This document shows, one piece after another, positions 51,485 through 53,576 of a DNA stretch of 53,576 nt. The notes under the pieces were generated by a model. That model did not search any database. It saw only the letters and a program-made list of their open reading frames with translations, and was not told where the DNA came from. Positions within the stretch are counted from its first letter, which is position 1, and every line of letters begins with the position of its first letter. The DNA lies in NCBI RefSeq assembly GCF_001194135.2, contig NC_068981.1, forward strand, positions 64,247,217-64,300,792, written 5' to 3'. Made by a program: the position numbers and the translations under genes. The stretch comes from Octopus bimaculoides (lineage: Eukaryota).

Positions 51485-53298
51485 TCACATACATAGACGT
51501 AAGTATGCATACACACAATGGCTCTATCCTTTGGATGAAATGCATCTTTTCATTTTCGTATAGCAGACTGTTGTGAGCTACAAAGAATAAGAGCTTATGT
51601 GAAGGGTGGGTAGTTAGTTTATCAATATTTTAAAAGCCCTTTCTATTAAACTAATACTTTCCACAAACATCCAAAGAAACCAACTGGCTTTCATCTAACA
51701 GACCGTCTAAATTTCGAGCCTTAGCAGCCTCGGAGCTTCTCAATTGGAGTGCAAAGGGTTAAAAGACTCTTTTGGTTTTCTGTCTGCTGTCTTTTCTTCT
51801 TTGCTATTTTTGCCCACTTTTTAAGATAATACATTCGCACACACAAGCTCATACACACACACATACACACACACGCGTATATTACAAAATGTATTTTATG
51901 AAATTATTTATTAAAAAAAATAATAAAAAGATCGTGTATTAAAAAGACGTAGGAAGTCAATATAACAACGTGATCAACTAATTTTGTTTTTGATTGTTAT
52001 TGTTTGTTCGTTAAACACACATCATATCGATAAAGCTGTGCGAAGGAGTGGAGGAGAGGTAAGAGGAGGGAGATCTATAATTTAATGTGGATGAGCTTTA
52101 ATATCTTTTTTTTTTAATTTTCAGATTCATCATTTTCGTAGGCATTGCTGTAATCATAGTCATCACTATCATCATCATCATCATCAGCAGCAGCAGCACC
52201 AGCATCAGCAGCATCATCAATATTATTATTGTCATCGATATGATCACCACCACCACCAACTCCAATATTATCATCATCTTCGTCGTCAACATCATCACCA
52301 CCACACCACCAATTCGCAAGAGAACACGGCTTTAACCCCGATCAGGAAAAAATTGACGCTGCTTAACAAAACCATCACACATGAAAGTTTGTTTACAAAA
52401 ACAACTATGAACTAATTATAGTCCTTAAATCTGACTGAAAGAAGCAGGTTGGTGCGTTGGTGTAATGGTAGCAAATCTCATTGCGTAAAGAAAGAGGTGT
52501 GGGTTCTCGTCGCACGCGTTCAGGGAAACCTACTTTTCTTTTGTCGAGAGCTTATACGCCCCATTAATAAACTATTTTCTTTAGTCATTGCACGGTGATC
52601 TCTTATAAGCTTTAAGCTTGTAAAATACTTATATATATGGATAGATATAGATACATACACACATATAGAAAGAGATGAAGTAAGAACATTAATAAATGAG
52701 TGAAGAACGAATATATAGTGCATGTGTTTATTTGGCAAAAAGATGACTATCCCGAAATTCAACTATATACACACACATATAGCTATTAACGTAAGATAGA
52801 ATAGCAGAAATAAACATAAGCTTATACGTTAATGATGAAGTTTACAGGACAGCTCAAGCTTTACAAATAGGTACTCCAAGTATCTCGTTGCTGATTTATG
52901 AAACGATTACTATAAAATAGAACATTTAATTTTGCATATGTGACGAGCAAAACTATTTAAATAATCTCAATGAACGCAGAGTAGATTATATAGAATTACA
53001 AAAGAATATTACTGGACGATTTTGCAATGGAATAAGAAGGTTGGACATAGATTGATAACTAACTTTTTCTCAACCACAAAATTGTGCAAAACACATGCAC
53101 ATATGCATACACGAATGTACGTACGTACGTACGTATGTATGTACGTATGTACGTACGTATATACGTACGTACATACGTACATACACACACACATACATAC
53201 ATGCATACATACGTACGTATACACATACATACATACATACATACATACATACATGGTGGTTGTCTACTCCTTAAACAGAGTTTGACCACCTCCTGCAC

Positions 53299-53574
53299 CT
53301 ACACCTTAGCCCTTTCATGGCGTCTGATGTGGCTTTTTAAACCAGACAGTGTTTTGAAAAAACACCCACACAGATTGCACCTCTGATTTGCACTATCAAT
53401 ACCTGCAAGTAAGTTCTGCTCATTGTGGATCCTAACATGTCTTTTAAGACCCCCATTGGATTTGCAAACCCTCTGGCACACACCACATTCAAACGTGTGC
53501 ACAGACATATAATCAGAATAGCTGGGTGAGGTTTGTTTTCCATGGGTTCGCAGGTGAGATTTGAGGCCAGCCAA
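53299..53574 (-). CDS. C-terminal C2H2 zinc-finger array (2 complete + 1 partial), most likely the ORF end of an RTE-clade LINE; open to the window edge
   Basis: ..LAGLKSHLRTH, CGVCQRVCKSNGGLKRHVRIH and CNLCGCFFKTLSGLKSHIRRH with long non-TGEKP linkers. A 44-nt 3' UTR (gaggtggtcaaactc...caaccacc) runs directly into (ATGT)n. Confidence 0.75.
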   Translation of the reverse strand: MAGLKSHLRTHGKQTSPSYSDYMSVHTFECGVCQRVCKSNGGLKRHVRIHNEQNLLAGIDSANQRCNLCGCFFKTLSGLKSHIRRHERAKV

Positions 53575-53576
53575 GG

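Noticed and set aside
51750-51762. piggyBac-like end gcaaaggg|ttaa
   Set aside because: No matching opposite TIR was found.
52452-52518. tRNA-like segment with an A-box-like tggtgtaatggtagca
   Set aside because: It has no proper T-loop/B box or cloverleaf. At best it is a decayed SINE head, not a tRNA gene.
53299-53574. Host C2H2 zinc-finger gene of the octopus ZNF expansion
   Set aside because: Long non-canonical linkers and a 44-nt UTR running into a simple-repeat tail favour a LINE C-terminus. It is not fully excluded.

Overview
Eukaryotic, AT-rich, microsatellite-saturated draft-assembly DNA with 11 N-gaps. The repeat families and simple-repeat density point to an octopus (cephalopod) genome; this is recognition from memory, not a database result. 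I can support no host gene: the window looks intronic or intergenic, and nearly all listed ORFs are microsatellite or N-gap artefacts. The real content is a layered transposon landscape: (i) decayed Tc1/mariner elements, including a DD36E-spaced Tc1, a second Tc1-like relic, two mariners and mariner MITEs; (ii) non-LTR relics, namely two R4/Dong-like pieces, a HERO-like C-terminus and an RTE-like 3' end with C2H2 fingers at the right edge; (iii) three modular tRNA-derived SINE families; (iv) a TIR MITE family carrying TTAGGG repeats; (v) five long fold-back palindromes. The best lead is a 190-bp fold-back at 28662-28851 whose arms have the topology of a Penelope-type minimal hammerhead ribozyme; the same family forms a second fold-back at 19932-20104. 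The second lead is a set of retroelement ends and insertions that repeatedly coincide with the (CATA/TATG)n microsatellite.
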